From Auanema rhodensis (Eukaryota > Animalia > Nematoda): DNA of 64,000 nt. Below the pieces are notes generated by a model. The model made no database searches. It was given only the letters and a program-made list of their open reading frames with translations, and was not told the DNA's origin. Below are positions 40,801-54,405 of this stretch, in pieces. The stretch spans positions 3,410,001 through 3,474,000 of the forward strand of contig OZ059899.1 of assembly GCA_964057225.1 (NCBI GenBank), given 5' to 3'. Numbering within the stretch: the first letter of the stretch is position 1; the number at the start of each line of letters is the position of its first letter. The position numbers and the translations under genes are program-made.

Positions 40801-43800
40801 AAATGGAATCTAAAAACATCTACTTTTTGCTAAATTATTTTGAAATTTTTCGAAAAAATTTTTGTCAAAATGTTTTTGGAAGCAATGTTGAGTGTACATG
40901 GAAACTCAACATACACTAATGCATCATTTTTCAAACGATCATAACTAATTTTTGTATCAAGTGTTTCTCAATGTAGTATAGTGCATTCGATGCGGATTTT
41001 TAAGCTGCGTCGATCTGTGTTATCAGATTTGCGCTAGCTTAAAAATGCACCGAGATATCAACTGATATAAGTTCACACTTATATCCTCGATTTTCACCCT
41101 GAAGAATTAATTTTTTCGTTGAATAACATTGTCTATCGTCTTTGCCTTGAGAAATGGAATCTAAAAACATCTACTTTTTGCTAAATTATTTTGAAATTTT
41201 TCGAAAAAATTTTTGTCAAAATGTTTTTGGAAGCAATGTTGAGTGTACATGGAAACTCAACATACACTAATGCATCATTTTTCAAACGATCATAACTAAT
41301 TTTTGTATCAAGTGTTTCTCAATGTAGTATAGTGCATTCGATGCGGATTTTTAAGCTGCGTCGATCTGTGTTATCAGATTTGCGCTAGCTTAAAAATGCA
41401 CCGAGATATCAACTGATATAAGTTCACACTTATATCCTCGATTTTCACCCTGAAGAAATAATTTTTTCGTTGAATAACATTGTCCATCGTCTTTGCCTTG
41501 AAAAATGGAATCTAAAAACATCTACTTTTTGCTAAATTATTTTGAAATTTTTCGAAAAAATTTTTGTCAAAATGTTTTTGGAAGCAATGTTGAGTGTACA
41601 TGGAAACTCAACATACACTAATGCATCATTTTTCAAACGATCATAACTAATTTTTGTATCAAGCGTTTTTCAATGTAGTATATTGCATTCGATGCGGATT
41701 TTTAAGCTGCGTCGATCTGTGTTATCAGATTTGCGCTAGCTTAAAAATGCACCGAGATATCAACTGATATAAGTTCACACTTATATCCTCGATTTTCACC
41801 CTGAAGAAATAATTTTTTCGTTGAATAACATTGTCCATCGTCTTTGCCTTGAAAAAAGGAATCTAAAAACATCTACTTTTTGCTGAATTATTTTGAAATT
41901 TTTCGAAAAAATTTTTGTCAAAATGTTTTTGGAAGCAATGTTGAGTGTACATGGAAACTCAACATACACTAATGCATCATTTTTCAAACGATCATAACTA
42001 ATTTTTGTATTAAGCGTTTCTCAATGTAGTATAGTGCATTCGATGCGGATTTTTAAGCTGCGTCGATCTGTGTTATCAGATTTGCGCTAGCTTAAAAATG
42101 CACCGAGATATCAACTAATATAAGTTCACACTTATATCCTCGATTTTCACCCTGAAGAATTAATTTTTTCGTTGAATAACATTGTCCATCGTCTTTGCCT
42201 TGGAAAAAGGAATCTAAAAACATCTACTTTTTGCTAAATTATTTTGAAATTTTTCGAAAAAATTTTTGTCAAAATGTTTTTGGAAGCAATGTTGAGTGTA
42301 CATGGAAACTCAACATACACTAATGCATCATTTTTCAAACGATCATAACTAATTTTTGTATCAAGTGTTTCTCAATGTAGTATAGTGCATTCGATGCGGA
42401 TTTTTAAGCTGCGTCGATCTGTGTTATCAGATTTGCGCTAGCTTAAAAATGCACCGAGATATCAACTGATATAAGTTCACACTTATATCCTCGATTTTCA
42501 CCCTGAAGAATTAATTTTTTCGTTGAATAACATTGTCTATCGTCTTTGCCTTAAGAAATGGAATCTAAAAACATCTACTTTTTGCTAAATTATTTTGAAA
42601 TTTTTCGAAAAAATTTTTGTCAAAATGTTTTTGGAAGCAATGTTGAGTGTACATGGAAACTCAACATACACTAATGCATCATTTTTCAAACGATCATAAC
42701 TAATTTTTGTATCAAGCGTTTTTCAATGTAGTATAGTGCATTCAATGCGGATTTTTAAGCTGCGTCGATCTGTGTTATCAGATTTGCGCTAGCTTAAAAA
42801 TGCACCGAGATATCAACTGATATAAGTTCACACTTATATCCACGATTTTCACCCTGAAGAATTAATTTTTTCGTTGAATAACATTGTCCATCGTCTTTGC
42901 CTTGAAAAATGGAATCTAAAAACATCTACTTTTTGCTAAATTATTTTGAAATTTTTCGAAAAAATTTTTGTCAAAATGTTTTTGGAAGCAATGTTGAGTG
43001 TACATGGAAACTCAACATACACTAATGCATCATTTTTCAAACGATCATAACTAATTTTTGTATCAAGCGTTTTTCAATGTAGTATAGTGCATTCGATGCG
43101 GATTTTTAAGCTGCGTCGATCTGTGTTATCAGATTTGCGCTAGCTTAAAAATGCACCAAGATATCAACTGATATAAGTTCACATTTATATCCTCGATTTT
43201 CACCCTGAAGAAATAATTTTTTCGTTGAATAACATTGTCCATCGTCTTTGCCTTGAAAAAAGGAATCTAAAAACATCTACTTTTTGCTAAATTATTTTGA
43301 AATTTTTCGAAAAAATTTTTGTCAAAATGTTTTTGGAAGCAATGTTGAGTGTACATGGAAACTCAACATACACTAATGCATCATTTTTCAAACGATCATA
43401 ACTAATTTTTGTATCAAGTGTTTCTCAATGTAGTATAGTGCATTCGATGCGGATTTTTAAGCTGCGTCGATCTGTGTTATCAGATTTGCGCTAGCTTAAA
43501 AATGCACCGAGATATCAACTGATATAAGTTCACACTTATATCCTCGATTTTCACCCTGAAGAATTAATTTTTTCGTTGAATAACATTGTCTATCGTCTTT
43601 GCCTTGAGAAATGGAATCTAAAAACATCTACTTTTTGCTAAATTATTTTGAAATTTTTCGAAAAAATTTTTGTCAAAATGTTTTTGGAAGCAATGTTGAG
43701 TGTACATGGAAACTCAACATACACTAATGCATCATTTTTCAAACGATCATAACTAATTTTTGTATCAAGCGTTTTTCAATGTAGTATAGTGCATTCGATG

Positions 43801-44928
43801 CGGATTTTTAAGCTGCGTCGATCTGTGTTATCAGATTTGCGCTAGCTTAAAAATGCACCGAGATATCAACTGATATAAGTTCACACTTATATCCACGATT
43901 TTCACCCTGAAGAATTAATTTTTTCGTTGAATAACATTGTCCATCGTCTTTGCCTTGAAAAATGGAATCTAAAAACATCTACTTTTTGCTAAATTATTTT
44001 GAAATTTTTCGAAAAAATTTTTGTCAAAATGTTTTTGGAAGCAATGTTGAGTGTACATGGAAACTCAACATACACTAATGCATCATTTTTCAAACGATCA
44101 TAACTAATTTTTGTATCAAGCGTTTTTCAATGTAGTATAGTGCATTCGATGCGGATTTTTAAGCTGCGTCGATCTGTGTTATCAGATTTGCGCTAGCTTA
44201 AAAATGCACCAAGATATCAACTGATATAAGTTCACATTTATATCCTCGATTTTCACCCTGAAGAAATAATTTTTTCGTTGAATAACATTGTCCATCGTCT
44301 TTGCCTTGAAAAAAGGAATCTAAAAACATCTACTTTTTGCTAAATTATTTTGAAATTTTTCGAAAAAATTTTTGTCAAAATGTTTTTGGAAGCAATGTTG
44401 AGTGTACATGGAAACTCAACATACACTATTGCATCATTTTTCAAACGATCATAACTAATTTTTGTATTAAGCGTTTCTCAATGTAGTATAGTGCATTCGA
44501 TGCGGATGTTTTAGCTGCGTCGATCTGTGTTATCAGATTTGCGCTAGCTTAAAAATGCACCGAGATATCAACTGATATAAGTTCACACTTATATCCTCGA
44601 TTTTCACCCTGAAGAATTAATTTTTTCGTTGAATAACATTGTCCATCGTCTTTGCCTTGAAAAATGGAATCTAAAAACATCTACTTTTTGCTAAATTATT
44701 TTGAAATTTTTCGAAAAAATTTTTGTCAAAATGTTTTTGGAAGCAATGTTGAGTGTACATGGAAACTCAACATACACTAATGAATCATTTTTCAAACGAT
44801 CATAACTAATTTTTGTATCAAGCGTTTTTCAATGTAGTATAGTGCATTCGATGCGGATTTTTAAGCTGCGTCGATCTGTGTTATCAGATTTGGGCTAGCT
44901 TAAAAATGCACCGAGATATCAACTGATA
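22816..44928. repeat. Variable-length higher-order repeat with a core of about 13 monomers; units of 13, 18, 4 (partial), 15 and 13 monomers
   Basis: Each unit ends in the pair [p11T+203T+286T][p206A+316G] (m77-78, m95-96, m99-100, m114-115, m127-128). Full units contain the run p265T, p116G+348A, p83G, p67T+84G, p20A+336A. Confidence 0.75.
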
Positions 44929-45279
44929 TAAGTTCACACTTATATCCTCGATTTTCACCCTGAAGAAATAATTTTTTCGTTGAATAACATTGTCCATCGT
45001 CTTTGCCTTGAAAAAAGGAATCTAAAAACATCTACTTTTTGCTGAATTATTTTGAAATTTTTCGAAAAAATTTTTGTCAAAATGTTTTTGGAAGCAATGT
45101 TGAGTGTACATGGAAACTCAACATACACTAATGCATCATTTTTCAAACGATCATAACTAATTTTTGTATTAAGCGTTTCTCAATGTAGTATAGTGCATTC
45201 GATGCGGATTTTTAAGCTGCGTCGATCTGTGTTATCAGATTTGCGCTAGCTTAAAAATGCACCGAGATATCAACTGATA

Positions 45280-48200
45280 TAAGTTCACACTTATATCCAC
45301 GATTTTCACCCTGAAGAATTAATTTTTTCGTTGAATAACATTGTCCATCGTCTTTGCCTTGAAAAATGGAATCTAAAAACATCTACTTTTTGCTAAATTA
45401 TTTTGAAATTTTTCGAAAAAATTTTTGTCAAAATGTTTTTGGAAGCAATGTTGAGTGTACATGGAAACTCAACATACACTAATGCATCATTTTTCAAACG
45501 ATCATAACTAATTTTTGTATTAAGCGTTTCTCAATGTAGTATAGTGCATTCGATGCGGATTTTTTAGCTGCGTCGATCTGTGTTATCAGATTTGCGCTAG
45601 CTTAAAAATGCACCGAGATATCAACTGATATAAGTTCACACTTATATCCTCGATTTTCACCCTGAAGAATTAATTTTTTCGTTGAATAACATTGTCCATC
45701 GTCTTTGCCTTGAAAAATGGAATCTAAAAACATCTACTTTTTGCTAAATTATTTTGAAATTTTTCGAAAAAATTTTTGTCAAAATGTTTTTGGAAGCAAT
45801 GTTGAGTGTACATGGAAACTCAACATACACTAATGAATCATTTTTCAAACGATCATAACTAATTTTTGTATCAAGCGTTTTTCAATGTAGTATAGTGCAT
45901 TCGATGCGGATTTTTAAGCTGCGTCGATCTGTGTTATCAGATTTGCGCTAGCTTAAAAATGCACCGAGATATCAACTGATATAAGTTCACACTTATATCC
46001 TCGATTTTCACCCTGAAGAAATAATTTTTTCGTTGAATAACATTGTCCATCGTCTTTGCTTTGAAAAAAGGAATCTAAAAACATCTACTTTTTGCTAAAT
46101 TATTTTGAAATTTTTCGAAAAAATTTTTGTCAAAATGTTTTTGGAAGCAATGTTGTGTGTACATGGAAACTCAACATACACTAATGCATCATTTTTCAAA
46201 CGATCATAACTAATTTTTGTATTAAGCGTTTCTCAATGTAGTATAGTGCATTCGATGCGGATTTTTAAGCTGCGTCGATCTGTGTTATCAGATTTGCGCT
46301 AGCTTAAAAATGCACCGAGATATCAACTGATATAAGTTCACACTTATATCCACGATTTTCACCCTGAAGAATTAATTTTTTCGTTGAATAACATTGTCCA
46401 TCGTCTTTGCCTTGAAAAATGGAATCTAAAAACATCTACTTTTTGCTAAATTATTTTGAAATTTTTCGAAAAAATTTTTGTCAAAATGTTTTTGGAAGCA
46501 ATGTTGAGTGTACATGGAAACTCAACATACACTAATGCATCATTTTTCAAACGATCATAACTAATTTTTGTATTAAGCGTTTCTCAATGTAGTATAGTGC
46601 ATTCGATGCGGATTTTTTAGCTGCGTCGATCTGTGTTATCAGATTTGCGCTAGCTTAAAAATGCACCGAGATATCAACTGATATAAGTTCACACTTATAT
46701 CCTCGATTTTCACCCTGAAGAATTAATTTTTTCGTTGAATAACATTGTCCATCGTCTTTGCCTTGAAAAATGGAATCTAAAAACATCTACTTTTTGCTAA
46801 ATTATTTTGAAATTTTTCGAAAAAATTTTTGTCAAAATGTTTTTGGAAGCAATGTTGAGTGTACATGGAAACTCAACATACACTAATGAATCATTTTTCA
46901 AACGATCATAACTAATTTTTGTATCAAGCGTTTTTCAATGTAGTATAGTGCATTCGATGCGGATTTTTAAGCTGCGTCGATCTGTGTTATCAGATTTGCG
47001 CTAGCTTAAAAATGCACCGAGATATCAACTGATATAAGTTCACACTTATATCCTCGATTTTCACCCTGAAGAAATAATTTTTTCGTTGAATAACATTGTC
47101 CATCGTCTTTGCTTTGAAAAAAGGAATCTAAAAACATCTACTTTTTGCTAAATTATTTTGAAATTTTTCGAAAAAATTTTTGTCAAAATGTTTTTGGAAG
47201 CAATGTTGTGTGTACATGGAAACTCAACATACACTAATGCATCATTTTTCAAACGATCATAACTAATTTTTGTATTAAGCGTTTCTCAATGTAGTATAGT
47301 GCATCCGATGCGGATTTTTTAGCTGCGTCGATCTGTGTTATCAGATTTGCGCTAGCTTAAAAATGCACCGAGATATCAACTGATATAAGTTCACACTTAT
47401 ATCCTCGATTTTCACCCTGAAGAATTAATTTTTTCGTTGAATAACATTGTCCATCGTCTTTGCCTTGAAAAAAGGAATCTAAAAATATCTACTTTTTGCT
47501 AAATTATTTTGAAATTTTTCGAAAAAATTTTTGTCAAAATGTTTTTGGAAGCAATGTTGAGTGTACATGGAAACTCAACATACACTAATGCATCATTTTT
47601 CAAACGATCATAACTAATTTTTGTATTAAGCGTTTCTCAATGTAGTATAGTGCATTCGATGCGGATTTTTAAGCTGCGTCGATCTGTGTTATCAGATTTG
47701 CGCTAGCTTAAAAATGCACCGAGATATCAACTGATATAAGTTCACACTTATATCCTCGATTTTCACCCTGAAGAATTAATTTTTTCGTTGAATAACATTG
47801 TCCATCGTCTTTGCTTTGAAAAAAGGAATCTAAAAACATCTACTTTTTGCTAAATTATTTTGAAATTTTTCGAAAAAATTTTTGTCAAAATGTTTTTGGA
47901 AGCAATGTTGTGTGTACATGGAAACTCAACATACACTAATGCATCATTTTTCAAACGATCATAACTAATTTTTGTATTAAGCGTTTCTCAATGTAGTATA
48001 GTGCATCCGATGCGGATTTTTTAGCTGCGTCGATCTGTGTTATCAGATTTGCGCTAGCTTAAAAATGCACCGAGATATCAACTGATATAAGTTCACACTT
48101 ATATCCTCGATTTTCACCCTGAAGAATTAATTTTTTCGTTGAATAACATTGTCCATCGTCTTTGCCTTGAAAAAAGGAATCTAAAAATATCTACTTTTTG

Positions 48201-51200
48201 CTAAATTATTTTGAAATTTTTCGAAAAAATTTTTGTCAAAATGTTTTTGGAAGCAATGTTGAGTGTACATGGAAACTCAACATACACTAATGCATCATTT
48301 TTCAAACGATCATAACTAATTTTTGTATTAAGCGTTTCTCAATGTAGTATAGTGCATTCGATGCGGATTTTTAAGCTGCGTCGATCTGTGTTATCAGATT
48401 TGCGCTAGCTTAAAAATGCACCGAGATATCAACTGATATAAGTTCACACTTATATCCTCGATTTTCACCCTGAAGAATTAATTTTTTCGTTGAATAACAT
48501 TGTCCATCGTCTTTGCCTTGAAAAATGGAATCTAAAAACATCTACTTTTTGCTAAATTATTTTGAAATTTTTCGAAAAAATTTTTGTCAAAATGTTTTTG
48601 GAAGCAATGTTGAGTGTACATGGAAACTCAACATACACTAATGAATCATTTTTCAAACGATCATAACTAATTTTTGTATCAAGCGTTTTTCAATGTAGTA
48701 TAGTGCATTCGATGCGGATTTTTAAGCTGCGTCGATCTGTGTTATCAGATTTGCGCTAGCTTAAAAATGCACCGAGATATCAACTGATATAAGTTCACAC
48801 TTATATCCTCGATTTTCACCCTGAAGAAATAATTTTTTCGTTGAATAACATTGTCCATCGTCTTTGCTTTGAAAAAAGGAATCTAAAAACATCTACTTTT
48901 TGCTAAATTATTTTGAAATTTTTCGAAAAAATTTTTGTCAAAATGTTTTTGGAAGCAATGTTGTGTGTACATGGAAACTCAACATACACTAATGCATCAT
49001 TTTTCAAACGATCATAACTAATTTTTGTATTAAGCGTTTCTCAATGTAGTATAGTGCATTCGATGCGGATTTTTAAGCTGCGTCGATCTGTGTTATCAGA
49101 TTTGCGCTAGCTTAAAAATGCACCGAGATATCAACTGATATAAGTTCACACTTATATCCACGATTTTCACCCTGAAGAATTAATTTTTTCGTTGAATAAC
49201 ATTGTCCATCGTCTTTGCCTTGAAAAATGGAATCTAAAAACATCTACTTTTTGCTAAATTATTTTGAAATTTTTCGAAAAAATTTTTGTCAAAATGTTTT
49301 TGGAAGCAATGTTGAGTGTACATGGAAACTCAACATACACTAATGCATCATTTTTCAAACGATCATAACTAATTTTTGTATCAAGCGTTTTTCAATGTAG
49401 TATAGTGCATTCGATGCGGATTTTTAAGCTGCGTCGATCTGTGTTATCAGATTTGCGCTAGCTTAAAAATGCACCGAGATATCAACTGATATAAGTTCAC
49501 ACTTATATCCTCGATTTTCACCCTGAAGAATTAATTTTTTCGTTGAATAACATTGTCCATCGTCTTTGCCTTGAAAAATGGAATCTAAAAACATCTACTT
49601 TTTGCTAAATTATTTTGAAATTTTTCGAAAAAATTTTTGTCAAAATGTTTTTGGAAGCAATGTTGAGTGTACATGGAAACTCAACATACACTAATGAATC
49701 ATTTTTCAAACGATCATAACTAATTTTTGTATCAAGCGTTTTTCAATGTAGTATAGTGCATTCGATGCGGATTTTTAAGCTGCGTCGATCTGTGTTATCA
49801 GATTTGCGCTAGCTTAAAAATGCACCGAGATATCAACTGATATAAGTTCACACTTATATCCTCGATTTTCACCCTGAAGAAATAATTTTTTCGTTGAATA
49901 ACATTGTCCATCGTCTTTGCTTTGAAAAAAGGAATCTAAAAACATCTACTTTTTGCTAAATTATTTTGAAATTTTTCGAAAAAATTTTTGTCAAAATGTT
50001 TTTGGAAGCAATGTTGTGTGTACATGGAAACTCAACATACACTAATGCATCATTTTTCAAACGATCATAACTAATTTTTGTATTAAGCGTTTCTCAATGT
50101 AGTATAGTGCATTCGATGCGGATTTTTAAGCTGCGTCGATCTGTGTTATCAGATTTGCGCTAGCTTAAAAATGCACCGAGATATCAACTGATATAAGTTC
50201 ACACTTATATCCACGATTTTCACCCTGAAGAATTAATTTTTTCGTTGAATAACATTGTCCATCGTCTTTGCCTTGAAAAATGGAATCTAAAAACATCTAC
50301 TTTTTGCTAAATTATTTTGAAATTTTTCGAAAAAATTTTTGTCAAAATGTTTTTGGAAGCAATGTTGAGTGTACATGGAAACTCAACATACACTAATGCA
50401 TCATTTTTCAAACGATCATAACTAATTTTTGTATTAAGCGTTTCTCAATGTAGTATAGTGCATTCGATGCGGATTTTTTAGCTGCGTCGATCTGTGTTAT
50501 CAGATTTGCGCTAGCTTAAAAATGCACCGAGATATCAACTGATATAAGTTCACACTTATATCCTCGATTTTCACCCTGAAGAATTAATTTTTTCGTTGAA
50601 TAACATTGTCCATCGTCTTTGCCTTGAAAAATGGAATCTAAAAACATCTACTTTTTGCTAAATTATTTTGAAATTTTTCGAAAAAATTTTTGTCAAAATG
50701 TTTTTGGAAGCAATGTTGAGTGTACATGGAAACTCAACATACACTAATGAATCATTTTTCAAACGATCATAACTAATTTTTGTATCAAGCGTTTTTCAAT
50801 GTAGTATAGTGCATTCGATGCGGATTTTTAAGCTGCGTCGATCTGTGTTATCAGATTTGCGCTAGCTTAAAAATGCACCGAGATATCAACTGATATAAGT
50901 TCACACTTATATCCTCGATTTTCACCCTGAAGAAATAATTTTTTCGTTGAATAACATTGTCCATCGTCTTTGCTTTGAAAAAAGGAATCTAAAAACATCT
51001 ACTTTTTGCTAAATTATTTTGAAATTTTTCGAAAAAATTTTTGTCAAAATGTTTTTGGAAGCAATGTTGTGTGTACATGGAAACTCAACATACACTAATG
51101 CATCATTTTTCAAACGATCATAATTAATTTTTGTATTAAGCGTTTCTCAATGTAGTATAGTGCATCCGATGCGGATTTTTTAGCTGCGTCGATCTGTGTT

Positions 51201-51597
51201 ATCAGATTTGCGCTAGCTTAAAAATGCACCGAGATATCAACTGATATAAGTTCACACTTATATCCTCGATTTTCACCCTGAAGAATTAATTTTTTCGTTG
51301 AATAACATTGTCCATCGTCTTTGCCTTGAAAAAAGGAATCTAAAAATATCTACTTTTTGCTAAATTATTTTGAAATTTTTCGAAAAAATTTTTGTCAAAA
51401 TGTTTTTGGAAGCAATGTTGAGTGTACATGGAAACTCAACATACACTAATGCATCATTTTTCAAACGATCATAACTAATTTTTGTATTAAGCGTTTCTCA
51501 ATGTAGTATAGTGCATTCGATGCGGATTTTTAAGCTGCGTCGATCTGTGTTATCAGATTTGCGCTAGCTTAAAAATGCACCGAGATATCAACTGATA
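45280..51597. repeat. Subarray marked by linked p79T+p175T; trimer period (p20A / p206A / p79T+175T)
   Basis: GCTTTG plus TTGTGTGT variants were seen only in m132, 135, 137, 140, 143 and 146. p101T occurs in m136, 138 and 147. Confidence 0.8.
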
Positions 51598-52299
51598 TAA
51601 GTTCACACTTATATCCTCGATTTTCACCCTGAAGAATTAATTTTTTCGTTGAATAACATTGTCCATCGTCTTTGCCTTGAAAAATGGAATCTTAAAACAT
51701 CTACTTTTTGCTAAATTATTTTGAAATTTTTCGAAAAAATTTTTGTCAAAATGTTTTTGGAAGCAATGTTGAGTGTACATGGAAACTCAACATACACTAA
51801 TGCATCATTTTTCAAACGATCATAACTAATTTTTGTATCAAGTGTTTCTCAATGTAGTATAGTGCATTCGATGCGGATTTTTAAGCTGCGTCGATCTGTG
51901 TTATCAGATTTGCGCTAGCTTAAAAATGCACCGAGATATCAACTGATATAAGTTCACACTTATATCCTCGATTTTCACCCTGAAGAATTAATTTTTTCGT
52001 TGAATAACATTGTCCATCGTCTTTGCCTTGAAAAATGGAATCTTAAAACATCTACTTTTTGCTAAATTATTTTGAAATTTTTCGAAAAAATTTTTGTCAA
52101 AATGTTTTTGGAAGCAATGTTGAGTGTACATGGAAACTCAACATACACTAATGCATCATTTTTCAAACGATCATAACTAATTTTTGTATCAGGTGTTTCT
52201 CAATGTAGTATAGTGCATTCGATGCGGATTTTTAAGCTGCGTCGATCTGTGTTATCAGATTTGCGCTAGCTTAAAAATGCACCGAGATATCAACTGATA

Positions 52300-54405
52300 T
52301 AAGTTCACACTTATATCCTCGATTTTCACCCTGAAGAAATAATTTTTTCGTTGAATAACATTGTCCATCGTCTTTGCCTTGAAAAAAGGAATCTAAAAAC
52401 ATCTACTTTTTGCTAAATTATTTTGAAATTTTTCGAAAAAATTTTTGTCAAAATGTTTTTGGAAGCAATGTTGAGTGTACATGGAAACTCAACATACACT
52501 AATGCATCATTTTTCAAACGATCATAACTAATTTTTGTATCAGGTGTTTCTCAATGTAGTATAGTGCATTCGATGCGGATTTTTAAGCTGCGTCGATCTG
52601 TGTTATCAGATTTGCGCTAGCTTAAAAATGCACCGAGATATCAACTGATATAAGTTCACACTTATATCCTCGATTTTCACCCTGAAGAAATAATTTTTTC
52701 GTTGAATAACATTGTCCATCGTCTTTGCCTTGAAAAAAGGAATCTAAAAACATCTACTTTTTGCTAAATTATTTTGAAATTTTTCGAAAAAATTTTTGTC
52801 AAAATGTTTTTGGAAGCAATGTTGAGTGTACATGGAAACTCAACATACACTAATGCATCATTTTTCAAACGATCATAACTAATTTTTGTATTAAGCGTTT
52901 CTTAATGTAGTATAGTGCATTCGATGCGGATTTTTAAGCTGCGTCGATCTGTGTTATCAGATTTGCGCTAGCTTAAAAATGCACCGAGATATCAACTGAT
53001 ATAAGTTCACACTTATATCCTCGATTTTCACCCTGAAGAAATAATTTTTTCGTTGAATAACATTGTCCATCGTCTTTGCCTTGAAAAAAGGAATCTAAAA
53101 ACATCTACTTTTTGCTAAATTATTTTGAAATTTTTCGAAAAAATTTTTGTCAAAATGTTTTTGGAAGCAATGTTGAGTGTACATGGAAACTCAACATACA
53201 CTAATGCATCATTTTTCAAACGATCATAACTAATTTTTGTATCAGGTGTTTCTCAATGTAGTATAGTGCATTCGATGCGGATTTTTAAGCTGCGTCGATC
53301 TGTGTTATCAGATTTGCGCTAGCTTAAAAATGCACCGAGATATCAACTGATATAAGTTCACACTTATATCCTCGATTTTCACCCTGAAGAAATAATTTTT
53401 TCGTTGAATAACATTGTCCATCGTCTTTGCCTTGAAAAAAGGAATCTAAAAACATCTACTTTTTGCTAAATTATTTTGAAATTTTTCGAAAAAATTTTTG
53501 TCAAAATGTTTTTGGAAGCAATGTTGAGTGTACATGGAAACTCAACATACACTAATGCATCATTTTTCAAACGATCATAACTAATTTTTGTATTAAGCAT
53601 TTCTTAATGTAGTATAGTGCATTCGATGCGGATTTTTAAGCTGCGTCGATCTGTGTTATCAGATTTGCGCTAGCTTAAAAATGCACCGAGATATCAACTA
53701 ATATAAGTTCACACTTATATCCTCGATTTTCACCCTGAAGAAATAATTTTTTCGTTGAATAACATTGTCCATCGTCTTTGCCTTGAAAAAAGGAATCTAA
53801 AAACATCTACTTTTTGCTAAATTATTTTGAAATTTTTCGAAAAAATTTTTGTCAAAATGTTTTTGGAAGCAATGTTGAGTGTACATGGAAACTCAACATA
53901 CACTAATGCATCATTTTTCAAACGATCATAACTAATTTTTGTATCAGGTGTTTCTCAATGTAGTATAGTGCATTCGATGCGGATTTTTAAGCTGCGTCGA
54001 TCTGTGTTATCAGATTTGCGCTAGCTTAAAAATGCACCGAGATATCAACTGATATAAGTTCACACTTATATCCTCGATTTTCACCCTGAAGAAATAATTT
54101 TTTCGTTGAATAACATTGTCCATCGTCTTTGCCTTGAAAAAAGGAATCTAAAAACATCTACTTTTTGCTAAATTATTTTGAAATTTTTCGAAAAAATTTT
54201 TGTCAAAATGTTTTTGGAAGCAATGTTGAGTGTACATGGAAACTCAACATACACTAATGCATCATTTTTCAAACGATCATAACTAATTTTTGTATTAAGC
54301 GTTTCTTAATGTAGTATAGTGCATTCGATGCGGATTTTTAAGCTGCGTCGATCTGTGTTATCAGATTTGCGCTAGCTTAAAAATGCACCGAGATATCAAC
54401 TGATA
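52300..54405. repeat. Dimer (702 bp) higher-order repeat, three copies
   Basis: TCAGGTG (p244G) monomers alternate with TTTCTTAATG (p253T) monomers across m150-155. Confidence 0.85.

Noticed and set aside
5292-45146. 27 copies of a 63-aa ORF (MKNDALVYVEF...) as protein-coding genes
   Set aside because: The ORF starts at TTG, and its K/F/I/N-rich composition mirrors the A/T tracts. It has no recognisable domain and is interrupted by a stop in about 85% of monomers.
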